Shown here: positions 15,801-30,800 of the stretch, one piece after another
Layout of the letters: each line of letters starts with the position of its first letter
How positions within the stretch are numbered: position 1 is the first letter of the stretch
Assembly (NCBI RefSeq): GCF_964355755.1
Contig: NC_092674.1
Location: 5,766,001 to 5,830,000 of the forward strand
Length of the DNA: 64,000 bases
Origin: Antedon mediterranea
Lineage: Eukaryota > Animalia > Echinodermata
Direction: 5' to 3'
The notes under the pieces: model-generated
Seen by the model: the letters and a program-made list of their open reading frames with translations, nothing else
What the model was told of the DNA's origin: nothing
Databases searched by the model: none
Position numbers and translations under genes: made by a program

Positions 15801-18800
15801 TGTCGTTTTTATTCTAATTTGGTACAAAAGTTTCTGAGATGGGTAAAAAATGTCTGCTCCCCAAATATCATTTGCTCTGAAGAGAAAAATTGTTCTAAGA
15901 AAAAATGTTGTTTATGTTTGATTTTGATCAAGATTTTGAAAAGAAAATTTGTAAGAACCATTTTATATTTAATTTTCAGATTCAACTTCATTACCTTTGG
16001 TAGTGGAACAAATACCGCTTGGCGCACATCTTAAAAGAACTGTCCAATCAGGGGACTTTTTACAAATCATTATGCAAATTAATGACGCTAAATATGTCCA
16101 ATTGAACCTTACTGTCGGACATCATGCGTTTCTGGCAGTGTATGGACGAAGGGGTGGACCACCAACGCATACTGTGTATGATTTTGTTGAAGTGCATTCT
16201 GGAAGGAGCTACCCACAGGATCGGAGTAGGCGACATGCGTTCAGGAATAGTGCAATTTTTGGGAGGACTGCTAGCCACCATCATCAAGTAGACAACAACA
16301 AAAGACATGGAGGGAAATCTTTAGCTGTAAGGCAAGAAAGATCAATGTCAACTAAAACCATCTTTTCTTTTGTTCAATTTATGGAAGAAGGATCGTGGTA
16401 TATTGGAATATTTAATGATGGGAAAAGGACAGAAGATGTTAAGTTTATTGCTGGTATAAAAGGTTAACAAAATTTGTTTTTCTCCTTGAAGTCAAAGCAA
16501 ATAGATAATAAGTTATTAAATTTATTAATACAACAACAACAAAAGTAACTCTATAACAATTCTTCTAGTTCTTGGCTAGGCCCCAGACATTAAAATAAAT
16601 TAACTGCATCTGGCTTGCATATTGTAATGATTTTCTCATAAAACAAATTTAAAATGTAAAAGATTTTTAAAAACTGTTTTAACTAATGCAATTTAAAAAC
16701 GTTATTAGGTGACGGTGGTATACCTTGTCTGAACGACTGCAGTGGCAATGGACAATGCGTTGATGGACAGTGCAAGTGTTATCCAACATTTACAGGGGAA
16801 GATTGCTCCAAAGGTGGGTACCTATATGGCAATGCCTTATTATTTACAGGGGCTAGCTTTGTTTTTGGCTTGGCAATTTCAAGCATCTGCAATGCCTTCT
16901 CTTGGTAGTCAACTTTTTTATCTTGTTTTTATAAACTATTTCTAAAAATAACAAATTATAACCAAATTTATATTTTGTTTTTTTATTTGATGCTTCTCTT
17001 TGTTTTCTAACTCTCTGTTTGATTGTTGTTATGGAATCGTGCACTTTATTAACATTACAAAAACTGATCCAATTTGGAAAATGTCAACAGCCTAGTCACA
17101 ACAGTAAATTACTACAATGAACACTCGAATTGAGTAATCTATAACGTTGTTTGTTTTGCAGAATGTATTTTACTTAGAAAACTAAATTATTTAGATTAAT
17201 TTATTTATGGATTTATGGTGGATTCACAGAGATTATAGCCATCTTATTTCCCCACCCTAAATTCTGCCAAAACAATACAAAAAACATTAGATTTATTTAA
17301 GTACAACACTTCATTTTAAACTTTTCAAATTTGTGGAACAACTACTAAGGAGACTGAAGGCAAACACAAGCAGTTAACTACTGCATCTAGAAGCAATGCT
17401 TCTGTTGTTTAGTATGTCTACAGTAATGACAATTCGTTTCAGGTGTGTGCCCAACATTATGTAGTACACATGGGCAGTACCACGATGGGGTGTGTATTTG
17501 TAACGTGGGTTGGATGGGAGCTGAATGTGAAATACAAGAGAATCAATGCCTCGACCCAGATTGCAGCGGAAACGGTAGATGCATTAACAGTGTTTGCATC
17601 TGTAATGACGGGTTTGTTGGCCCAACATGCCGTGAAGGTACATTGCGTAATTTTGTCGGCAAACATCGCTTGTTTGGTTGCATGGATGCTTAACTCATTC
17701 TAGCCTATAGCTGTGTATCATATCCCCATTATGCATGACTACCTTTTAGTGCGTTAAATTATGTGTAGCTCATTTTAAACATACAGTATTTGCTTTTCGT
17801 AATGTATCGGTTATATATATATATTTTAAAATCCCTCAATGCTGTTTGATGTATTTATCTCAAGCACTTCATTTGTATCGACTTCATATGTTGGGAATGA
17901 AAAACAACTAACTGTTATTAGTGTTAAAGTAATTTTGTTTTATTGCGTGTTAGTAGTATGGATAAACTATGGGATATATTAACCTGGTTACACATACATA
18001 AGGATTACCATTAAGCTAAGGGGCCTTTCATGGTATTTTCCAATCAAATAAAAGTTCTGCTATTTCCTGATGGTATGAATATGCACATTGATGTCCTCAC
18101 CTTAACATGAATTCCAAGATCTCCAAAGAGATACAAATATAAATTTTATTGGAAGAGAAAACAAATCTGAACTAAATATTGTTAGCTTTATCTTTCTCCA
18201 GTTCTTTTTATTAATCTTTCCACATGTGTAATCTTAATTTACATATTATTAACACCTGTATCAATATTACTGAAGAGAAGAAAATACGCACATTTTTTTG
18301 AAAAATTTTTATTGCCGTGTTGCATTGAGAAACTTGATATTTTAAGTTTATTTTGTTTTTAAAAATCTTTTTTTAATCTATTCTTCACAAGTTACATAAT
18401 CTTATTTATACTATGTATATCCACTGTTATCTCTTTAAATTATTTACTTGTAACTTAAATCCATTAAGCTCTTTAAGGCATGTCGTCTGCATTTTCATAG
18501 CGTACCGATGATAGCTAATATTAATTTAATATTTGCAGTTTCATATAAATTACCTGGTATTTTTACTTTAGATATAAAGAAAATGAATCAGGTTTTGTAA
18601 CAGTTAAATATTTGAAATTTAGTATCTGTGTCACCTGTGAAGTGTTATATACAATTCTTTGTTTTATTTAAATTTGAGTTTATGCAAATTAGCCTACTTT
18701 AAATAGCTTTTTGACATAGATTAAAATATTTACTTAAAATGTTGAAATTTAAATATATACTATTAAATTGTATCAGTAAATCACACAGTGGGCTAAGTAA

Positions 18801-21800
18801 GAGGAACAAACATGAAGTCAGTCACAATATTACTACACATTTCTGTTTTTATTAGTTTGTACCATATATGTTATTATCCACAGCTTACAATACATGCCAC
18901 TTTTCTAAGTGGTTTTTACACCATGTTATCTCCTCTCAGTGTGCCTTAATAGATGTTTATTTTTTTCATTTCCATATGTTACATACATTTATAGATATTT
19001 TACAATGCCTGGTTTAGTACTATTGTCTATATTCATAATGTGCCTAGCGTCAGCATGCTTTTGTTCAATTAAACCCTTTAGTTCTTACTCATTCTTTGGC
19101 TATTAGCTCAGGCTTTTTTTTCTACTCTCTCCCCTCCGCTTACAAAGCTGATTGCATGGAGCATACCTGTTCTGGTAATGGAATATGCCAAAATACCATC
19201 TGTTCTTGTCACCCGGGGTGGGCAGGGTACAAATGTCACTTATCGGTGACCCCACAAAAACAGGGGAGAAACAGCATTGTTTCACACACCGGTAAAATGA
19301 CAAATGTCTTAGTTAACCCCTCATATCTAAGAGCTGACACACGTCGGGTGACTGAACATGGTAGTGGCCCCAGAGCTCATGCATCATCGGACTATTCCAC
19401 TGTGGAAAATGGGGATGATCATTACTTAATTAAAGGTAAAGAGAGTACAGTATGCCAGCTGCTATTTTTACGGGACTTGCATGGCTTGCTATTAGCTATA
19501 AGCACTAACCTGCTTGGACTAAACATACTCGTAATTAACATAAACAAACAGAATAAAATTATTAAAATTGTCTGATGATTTTAAATTTTAAAAATATTTA
19601 AAACATAAAAAGTTACTATGTTTATAGATTTGCACTTGTATTGATCCATAATGATGTCACTATTGTTTGTACGTTTCATTTCGTAATGTTTTGTAATCAT
19701 TTTCAGTAGTTAGTAAATCCTGCCTTTCATATGTATTAACACTGATTAAACATTACATTAAGAGGCTATTCAACTTTAGAATTTTCATTCATCTGCTTTT
19801 TAACTTAATTAGATTACTCCATGATTAGATTCAAATATTGTTGACTTAAACTTAAGTACAGATCTCCCTCCAAATAAGGACCACTAGGGTCTTGATTAGT
19901 TTAGACTGTAATTAGAATGATTTTAATTTGTGTAGTCCACAAATATGGTTCCTACAATAAAAGGTGCCTATTAATGGGATGATCTTTAATTAAACCTGTA
20001 TTACTATAGAAAGTAATTTAACTACATTTCAAAGGGTTAAATATTTTTTGTAACTTTTAAATAGTTGTGAAGTACTGCGAAATAGACAGCGAATGTGGCG
20101 ATAATGGAGAGTGTTTGGAAGGCCATTGTCGATGTCTGCCAGGCTGGGGTGGTATGAACTGTTCATCTGAGCTATGCATGGCTAACTGTGGTGACCATGG
20201 TACCTGTGTAGGTAGTACCTGTAAATGCGACCAGGGCTGGAACGGCAAATTCTGTAGCCTAGACGGATGTCCATCAATGTGTAATGGTAATGGGCTGTGT
20301 AATGATGTGGATGGCGAGTGGTCATGTAGCTGTGTACGAGGGTTTGGAGGAGAAAGCTGTGACATCACTAAAGAACTTGATTGCGAAGATTCAGTAGATA
20401 ATGATGGAGGTAAATAAAAAAAACCAGAATTTTAAAAACAAATTTAAATCTTTCATATATTTCATATTTCATAAATTTTTAATATATTTACTATTATTTT
20501 GTGTTAAGTTTGTAAGATCTCTTTAGATTCATTGATAAACCCTTTTTTTTAGGTATTCATTGTATATTGTATGCAAGTCAAATTGTAAACCAATAAACCA
20601 ATATTCATTTGTACCTTGTTGTTAAAATGACAATAAATAATATCGTATCGTATACAGTCAAATAAGTTACATGTCAAAATGAATACAATCAAGAAAGGTA
20701 TAACCACAAATTCACAAAATTCTTTATGTCATGAATACAAATTTAACTGTCAAATCGTTATCTTTACTGCTAATTGTAAGTAAGAATTACATGCTACACA
20801 TATAATGTCTTGCAAGATATATAATAGTGTGTTCCTCAGATATGCAAATATAATGTTAATTTTTATTAGTGAATTTCTGTCCTAATTGTTGAAGATTCAG
20901 ACAATATTCTCTACGACCGCTCGAGGATATAAATGCAAACAAACTCTGCATGTTTCACAGTAATTATTCCATAAATTTCATGGTTCAGCATTTTTGTAAT
21001 TTTTCAGACTTGCTAAGGGACTGTGAAGATCCTGACTGTTGTATGAGGGCGGTTTGTAGTACCGATTCGATATGCAAAACCGTCCCAGATCCAACAGAGA
21101 AGGTAGTGCAAAGTGAAGCAATGTCGAGATCGTTCTACGATCGTATGAAGTTCTTGATGCAGCATAACAGTGTCCAAATCGACGCCCGTATTGAAGAACA
21201 TCAACGAAAGTATGTCATTTTTCAACATTTTTTAATGCATTTTATAGAAATTTAAAATCTCATTACATAACATGCGACATACTACAAGAACTATACGCCC
21301 ACTAAGCGATAGTTTTTCTATTTTATTTTTACAATTGTACATTTAAAGCATGGTTATGTATCATTGGTCCAATTTTGTTATTTGAAATCTAAATCTCATT
21401 TCAAGACTTAGTTGACATCATAGATATACTACATAGACGTACTAAAAAGACTAGACGTCCACTAGGTAGATAGTGTTTCTATTTCTATTCAATCATACAT
21501 TATTATAGCATGGTTATGTAGCATTGGTCCAATATTGTTTTACATTTAAATTAAATTTTTTCACAATTCTGAAAGTAGAATACCTCTTGAAAAACGATGT
21601 AAGATATAAAATCACTTGAAAATAATAAATGAATATGTATGTCAGATTTTAAAGCCAATATAAAAGCGAAACTGTGTATTAATTTTTCAGTATGAAATTC
21701 TCAATTAAGATAAAGTAGGTCCAGTCCTTCGTAAGTTAAAAATAATGAGAAGAAATTTGATATTTTATGATTCCGAAGACAAGTAGATCTTAAAGGAACA

Positions 21801-24800
21801 GAAGCGGAGAATTGACGCTAGTCATAATGTCTGTAAAATGATGGAATACTTCATTTTTCCATGGGGTATTCATTTCTAATTAAATTAACTGAAATAATTG
21901 TAATTCACAAAATATGGTCATTTTGAATCTATCGTATTAGCAGATTCAAACACTATTCAACATTTAATTTATTACAGTGTTACTATTGATGCTATAGTAA
22001 GTTGATAATTGAGAAAAATATAACTTATTATAAATTGAGTAATTTTTATTTTAATTTGATATCTTTCGGCTTGTGTCAGAACTATTTTGTGTCTTATGCT
22101 ACATTTGTATTAACAAATGTTGTTAACTCAATCTTAATTGCATTTAGTAGTTAGTTAAGATAGCTCTACAGTAATTTGCCTAAATTCTTCCTTACAAAGT
22201 ATAAATCAGAATATTTACACATAAAATGCACGACAAAACTATTTTTCGTGTGAAGCTATGAAGATATTATGCCCTTTAAACAAATCCTAGTGCGCTTTAA
22301 ATAAAGCAGAAAAATAATTTGTAGTGTGTAGAAAATAGAATATATGTTTCATTTTTATACCTATTCCCTAGTGTATGATACGTGAACCTAACGGACTGTT
22401 CTATTTTATATACAGGTGTGTATTTTTAGATAAATACCGTGGCCCGTTTTGTATTTGTTGTAATTTCATTATTATTGTTGAATTTACCTGAAGTTAAGGA
22501 CGTTTGACGTTCTTTTCTCTATAGACGTTTAAAAGTTTTGTTTTCAATTTTCTTTTAGACATACATCTGTTGTTAGAGGTATGGTGATGACAGAGGATGG
22601 AAGTCCTCTGGTTGGTGTCATGGTTACAGCTGTGAATAATGCAGCCCTGGGAAGAACGTACACACGATATGATGGAGTGTAAGTAGAAAGAATATCAAAA
22701 TAGCATTGTTATTTTAAAATTCTATTTTGACCAACCTTGTATATGACCCTATTGTTAGGCGAACGCCACCTAACAGTGAGCGTTTTGCTTGACAATATGG
22801 TCGTCACTCTTTAGAAAGTGCTCGTGAAATGAGCACTGAAACTGTCAGTCAGGTCAGTAACTAATTTTGGGTTTGTCAAAATAGAATTTTAAAATAACGT
22901 ATCTTCAAACCAGATGAACATTTTCAATCATCAAAAGGATTGATTTCAATATACAGTTTGATCTCCTTAATAGAGGTGCTGCTGAATAAGAGTGTTCCAA
23001 AAGAAGTGTTTTCTCTATTCCCAGTATGTATTAAAAGCTACACTATCAAACTTTATGTGACAAAAAGAAAATGTGATGTGTCCCTACCATATTTAGGTAT
23101 ATCACTACCATATTTGGGCATATCACTATCATATTTGGGCACATCCCATTTTTTTTCAAACTAGTTAAATAATGTAGACATAGCTTTAAAAGATGTTTTT
23201 TGATAAAATCTAACGGACTGTAAATGTAGGTATAACACCAGTACCAAATCCTTACATAAACCCACCACAAGGTAATTAGGCTCATTACAGTACAGTAATT
23301 TATATTCTAAATTTTATAATAAATGATGCATTATTACTAAAAAACATTTTGATATATTTTATTAGATTTGATATGCTTGTCGTTGGTGGTGGCAGTATTA
23401 AGCTTCAGTTTACACGCGAGCCATTTGCCATGACGACCATTGCTGTCCTGGTACCATATGGTGATTTTATATACGTGGACAACATTGCTATGATTCTAGC
23501 CGGCATGAATATTGCTGATGATATGCCTAGTGGAGTGCAGAACTGTTATGGAGCCCATCGTGATAGGCCTAGCTTTGTTGTGCTGCCATCTATTGATATA
23601 TCTGATTCTAGTTGCAGTAAGAACGGTGTTATGTTAGATCGAAAGGTGAATGTTTTAATATTCTGTGTTTCTGTGTAGTCTAAATAGATTTACAAATTAA
23701 AAAAAAATTCACTTTATTATCACATAGAAAGGTGTTTGTTTTCCAGAATTGGATTATGTCATTTTTACACACAATTAACAATTTAAAAACATTTCTGACA
23801 GGTTGTTCATGAGAGAATCGTGATCCCAAGAACGAGAATAAGCCTAGACTATCTTAGCAGTAATGCACCTAGCCATCAAACCACCATCAGCATTGAATTG
23901 TCCAATGAGCTTCCAGATGATCTCACAATAGTTCATGTCCACGTCTCGGTCCAGGGTAAGCTCTTTAAGAGACGTCTGGAACCAGAAGCTAACCTCCAGT
24001 ACACATTCAGTTGGGATCGCACTGATGCATATGGCCAGAAAGTTTATGGAGAAGTTTCTGCTATAGGTGTGTATATCATACAATGTGTTGAATATATGTT
24101 TTTTGATAAAAAAATATTGGGGAGTGAGTTGGGAGAAAAAAGAAAAGAATGTCAAATGCTTTGTAGTGATAAACCGATTTTTGTAACTTTATTTTTCAAA
24201 TTGTTTTCTTGCAGTTTCTGTTGGTTATGAGTTCCAAGGTTGTAAAGAGATATTGTGGGATAAGAAAGCAGTGGGAATCCAGGGCTATGATCTCAACTAC
24301 TCAGGCCTAGCAGGATGGAATCTACCCATGTTATATACATACAATCCTGTCCAAGGTATGCAGACTTTATAGATACATTTAAATTGTTATCTACCTTTTT
24401 GCAAATTAAACTTTCATGTAATAATATAATGAAATATGCCTGTTTTTAAGTAGAATTAAGTGTTCGTTTAAATTTTTATAACATTATTTCTACCTTTTTG
24501 CAAAGTGAACTTTAATGTGACAATGATATAATGAAATATAGTTTTGAGAGAGTTTGTTTATTAAGAGAGCGTATCAAAAATTCATATACATAAATGACTT
24601 TCTTTCAGGTGTTGTAACCAGTGGTGACGGCTCACACATATTCCTTCAGAATGAACCAATGGTGATCACCACAATCATGGGTAATGGAAAGTTACGAAGT
24701 CTGACATGTTCACAATGTAATGGACTTGCAAAAGATGCCAAAATGCGTGCTCCTGTCGCTCTTGCCGCTGATTCCAGAGGGAACATATATGTTGGTGATT

Positions 24801-27800
24801 ACAACTTTATTCGCAAGATTGATCTTGGTGGAGATACCTCCAAACTAGTTAAATTAAGGTATGATTATGTTGAAATATAAACATTTTATTTATTTTTATT
24901 TATTATTTTCACCATTTTCCGTTTCACCAGAATATTGTCAAAGAAGATTGACTGAAACAGTTATCTAAGTTTTGAATTTTAATCAAATTCTTATTCAGTG
25001 GTGTTACTTTTAGCATGTGTGTTTTGAAATGTGTGTTTTGTTATCTTCCTCAGTGAAAATCCAACATACAAATATTACCTAGCTACAAGTCCTTTGGATG
25101 GAGATGTCTACATATCCAGTAACCAAAATAAACGCATTTATCGAATCTTGAAGAAATCAACTCCAGACGATGTTGGAAACAATATAGAGGCGGTGGCAGG
25201 AACAGGAACACTGTGTCTGCCAGTAGACTCTTACAAATGTGGGGATGATGGACCTGCAGATGAGGCTAAGCTCATTTCTCCAAAAGGTATGTTCTAGAAT
25301 TAATGGAATATTTTGATATTTCATTTAACACTAAACCAGAATTTTCCATAAGTACCCAAATGTTACTCCAGTATTTTCAATATAGTGATATAGAGAGTTG
25401 TCATACAGTGTCAAATTTATTTTGTTCTTGATGTTTTTAAATCAAACCCTTTTTACATAATTTAGTAGTTGTTATGAAATTAAACATGATGGTGCAGAAT
25501 TATAATGAATTGCAAGTCAGCTTGTTTCATTTTTATCTTCCTGTCTCTCTAATTGACAATTTTTATATTTCATTTCTATATCTGATATTAAAATATCAAA
25601 TCCCACCACAAGTGTCTAAAACATCAATCACAATTTTAATTGAAAATTATTCAATTTAAAAAAAATTAATTTTCTTTTCCATCAGGTATCAGCGTTGCCA
25701 ATGATGGCACTGTTTACTTTATTGATGGTAACATCATTCGAATGATCTCTCCAGATGGTGTCATGGGCACATTCCTTGGCTCACATAATTTGCTCACTGC
25801 TCCAAGAGCATTTGCTTGTGATAGAAGTATGTCCTTTGATGAGGTTAGTCTTAACCAGCCAACAGAGATGAGTATCAACCGCCTTGACAATTCACTGTAC
25901 GTCGTTGATGATGATGTTGTGCTAAGAATCACAATGGATCGTCAAGTGACCATAGTTGCTGGTGTCCCAGTTGGTTGTCACACAAGTCAGTCTCATATTG
26001 AGAGTTCCACTGATTCTAATGAAGTTGGAATAGCCACTAGAGAGGTCCTAATTTCACCAACTGCCATTTCCCTCACAAACGATGGCAAACTCTTTGTTGC
26101 AGAATCAAGTACAGAAGGCATCAACAGAGTAAGATTGGTAACACCAAACGGAATGATTCAAAGATTCGTTGGCAGAGATTCTACCTGTGACTGCATGCAA
26201 GACACATGTGATTGCTTTGATGGCAATAAGTCTGTTGCAGTGGAGACATTACTACATGCACCCACAGCTCTAACAACACTCAGTGATGGTACTCTTGTGA
26301 TCGCAGATCAAGGAAACTTAAGAATTCGTACTGTAGGAACTAACCTTCCCTCAGTTAAGCGGCACCAATTTTATGAAATTCCATCAGATAGTAAGACTGA
26401 AGTTCTGGTGTTTGACAGCTTTGGTCAACATGTTAGGACTAGAGATACCCTGACAGAGCAGGTGCTATTTAACTTCACTTACACAACAAAGAGACTTCTG
26501 AAGACAGTTTCAGATGTCTATGGCAATGTGATCTCTATTGACTACAACTCTCGCAACAAGCCAACACAAATTCTTGTACCTACTGGTGATGCGATCCAGT
26601 TGACGGTTAGTTCTACAGGGTTCTTATCAAGAGTACATGGAGAAGGTCTGGACATCAGTATCAAGTATACATCTGAGGAATCGGGTCTACTGCAGCAGAT
26701 GTCTGGAAGGAGTGGTCATTTCCAATCATACAAGTAAGTTTAGAGTAACATTTTGGCAATAAATGGTAAACTTTTTTTCTTTTCCAGTTCTGTTTGATAT
26801 AATAATTAATAACAAAATTGGGCTGACCGTTAACCTAAAATGTCTAATTTATGGTAAGTTAAGTTTTCAGTATTATTTTAAGTTTAAGTAACAGAATTTC
26901 GGCCCTTAAGAAATGTCTTAAATTATCTTGTGGACATTTAAATTCTCACACTGTATAACATAAATAATTATACTTTATTCAAATATTTTTTTTTTTCTTA
27001 GTTATGATGAGTTTGGTCACCTGATGTCAACAGTAACCCCTACAGGTTACTCATCTTCAGTAGCTAGCAGGCTCAACAGAACACAAAGCATTGTCAGTAT
27101 TGGATCTGCCGTAGATGCACGATCTATCAGTTTTTCAGAGCGACTTCCAAACTCAGTGAACCATCACTTAGTAAAAGGTTTGTGTTGTAAAATTGTTTAG
27201 AAATACAGCTAATATGGCCAATGATTAAAATTAGCATTCTTTGATAATAAAATGTGGGTTTTAGATATATACATACGATTTTTCTAAAGACACTATTTAG
27301 TTAGTTAGTTACTATACTTTATTGTGTGTTTCCATAAAATACTTTAATCACGTTTTGTGATAGTTGACACTGAAAAATATAACCAGTAACAGAAAATAAA
27401 ACTATAAATAATGATTATGTGAATTAACAGCGTAATTACCCACACTCAAACTTCACAAACAATAACTCTGCAGCCACCAACAATTTCCTACACAATAATA
27501 GTAACTATCAGTGCTGTCAAAATCATTTACACGTTTAAGCTCCTGTAGGCAAACAGCAGTCAACATCATTAAAGTTATATCAATCATTGTCAGGCTTGCT
27601 AACATCTTATAATCTGTAACATTCTCTCATCATTTAAAACAGGTGATATTTCAACAGCAGTAAATATTCGTAATGATGGAACTTCGATCATCAAGTACCC
27701 AAATGATGGTAGTATCATACTCGAGCCCGGCAGACACCCTCTATTTCAGGGTGATCATGTGATCCTGACTACCAAACGCAAGATCAGTTTCCCCGGAAGT

Positions 27801-30800
27801 AATGTCCACCGACTTGAATGGCGTTTTTATGGACGCCGTGGCGGTAGACAAGGAAGGCGCAAAATCATCATCGTCGGAAGACGTTTAAGAGTAAGTCATC
27901 TCATGAAGTGTGATTGACATGTGAGAGGTCCCAAGTTAGATAAATGAAATAGCGGGATATGGAAGGATGACTAAAAATTTTGAGAATCTTCCACAATTAT
28001 TGGGAGGTTTGCTATGTCTATGATGTTTTAAAACATTTTGTACAATTAATATGTTTGTGGTTTTTTTAGGTGAATGGGGATAATGTTCTTACGTTTGAGT
28101 ACAACAGGTTCACAAAGGCTGAATCGGTAAAATTGGGTAATGATGAACAAGAAATTCTAACAATACATCACAACAATGGTCATCCAAATGAATGGAGACC
28201 CAGCAATGGACTACTGCCTGTTAATGTTTCTTACGACAATAGAGGACGCTTCACTAAGTGGCAGCAAGGATTGCTTGTGGAAAGCTTCAAATATGATACC
28301 ACTGGACATCTGGTGGAAAGAGCCTATGACCAGGATATGAAAAAGACCTGGCAGTTTGCGTATGATAAAGATGGAAATGTACGTATTTGTATTATTATTA
28401 TAGATATTATTATAAGTATGCATTTCATATATACATAAAGTTTAAATCTTCTCATTAAAACATAATTAACAACATTTTGTTATACATTTTTTTAGCTTAA
28501 CATGGTTATTCTTCCATCTGGTAAATTCTACGAATTGGGCTATGATGATCGAGGTTTCCTGGCAACAATAATTATGCCGAGTGGGCTAGAGCATAATGTG
28601 AAAACATCAACTGGCATTGGATTCTACAGAAAGATATACTCTTCGTACAACTCAACAGCATGGTTAGTTGTTGACAAAACAACGTCAGATCAACCACTAC
28701 GACTGTTATACCCAAGGACAAAGCGACTGGTGCAGTATACATATGATACACAAGATAGACCTTTGTCTGTAATTGATGAACAACAAGTGACTAAGTTCTC
28801 ATACAATAAGAATAGTGGTCAATTAAGAACTGTTGACCTTGTGACTCCTGATTTTTATCATCAGTTGAGGTACAAGTACTATGGCTCACTCACATCCCAG
28901 CAAATTGTACGAACACCAAGCGAAGTGGACTCAGTTAGCGTGCGTTTCATATATGAGTTTGATGAAAATTTTAAAGTATCGCAAATCAGATCTGAATTTA
29001 ATATGACAGATGTGGCAGATTATACCAGACAGTACGACCCTAAGAAGGGTCTTCTGGTAAGATTTGGAGGCTTCAGTGTTATGTATGATCACACAAGCAC
29101 AATCATGCAAGCAATTAGCGATAACATATTTTCAATGCAGAAACAATTTGGTTCTTATATACTCCTGCAATCTGTTCAATATCAAATTAACAATCGACGT
29201 CTTTTCGTCATGACGCTTTTGTATGATACGCACGGTCGTGTAGCAAACCGATCGATTGAATTTGCTGAGCATCGAGATGTGATGAGCTATCAATATAATG
29301 ACGATGGACAACTCATTGCTGTTGAGAAAAATTCAAATCCTCAGTGGCACTATTCTTATGACAGAAATGGAAATATGGAAACGGTAAGCACTGGAGGAAG
29401 TGTGACGACCTTGGAATATGATGGTGAGGACAGAATTACCAAATATGGTGCTGTGCATTATAAGATAGACAAAGATGGCTTTTTAACTCAACGTGGGAAT
29501 GAGGTGTTTGAATACAATTCGCAAGGACAATTAATGCATGCACATCAAGAAGACCAATACCAGGTGTGGTATCAGTACGATGGTCTTGGGCGACGCATTT
29601 GGCGGAAAGACCATCATGGAGCCAGGACACAATATTTCTATGCAGATGTAGAACGACCGTCCAAAATCACACACATCTTTGAGCATGGTACACAAGAGAT
29701 GTGGATCCTGGATTATGATCTTCAAGGTCATTTGTTTTCTATAAACAAGGGTGGCAGACAATTATACGTCGCAACAGACCATGTTGGAACACCTTACGGA
29801 ATATTTAACACGGCGGGAGAAACGCAACGACAAATATCTTACACGCCATTTGGTGGAATTATCTCTGACGTATTTCCTGAATTTGTCTTGCATATTGGTT
29901 TCATGGGTGGATTGTACGACCCAGAGACACACCTTGTACATATTAATAAGAGGGATTATGATCCACGAATTGGCCGATGGACAACGCCTGATGTTGGATT
30001 CTACAGTGCAGTTGGCAAACCTGAGAGGTTAAAGGCGTTTAACATGTACACATTCTTTGGCAATAATCCAACAAATATAGATAAGAAAAGAAACTATCTA
30101 CTTGGTAAGTTATTGTTCGTTATTTATGTTTCTTGATTAAACTACCTTCCAAACACTATCCAATTCATCCAAAAATTGTTTGAAACTTCACCTTTGTATC
30201 ATTCTGTTAGCCTATATTAACAATCTTTACATATATTTTATATTCACAGACACAGCATCATGGTTACCATTGTTAGGCTTTAACATCCAGACATTAATGC
30301 CACAAGTTACTAGTAAAGGTGAAGTGTGGAGAGGATCACCAAGTGAATGGAAAGAGTCTGCCAATTTATGCAAAGTTAGTATTTTTTTATATATGTATAT
30401 TATAGTTTCCTCCGTTATATATAAAAGTGACTATTGTCTTATCTTTTTCTTTTCTTATATCTTTCAGGAGGTAACATCACCAATGTGCAAATTTGCAAAT
30501 CAACTGGATGCATTTAATATTCATTTCAAAGCAAACCCAACAACTCAGCTCATTCCCAGTCATCTTGATGAGTCATCAAAGAGCTGCTCAGGACATCAGT
30601 CTAAATCTGGTCTTCAGCTAACTTTGCAAAGAGATACTTTATTTGTGAATCCACCAGAAAGTGGCACAAGTACTGATAGGAATATAGCAGCTCTTTTGAG
30701 TGGAGCAATACCACTGCAGAATTTAAGACATTATGAATACACTAAAGAGCATGTTTATCTTGTTAAAGAATCAGAAGACAGTTTTCTGAATGATTTAAGA

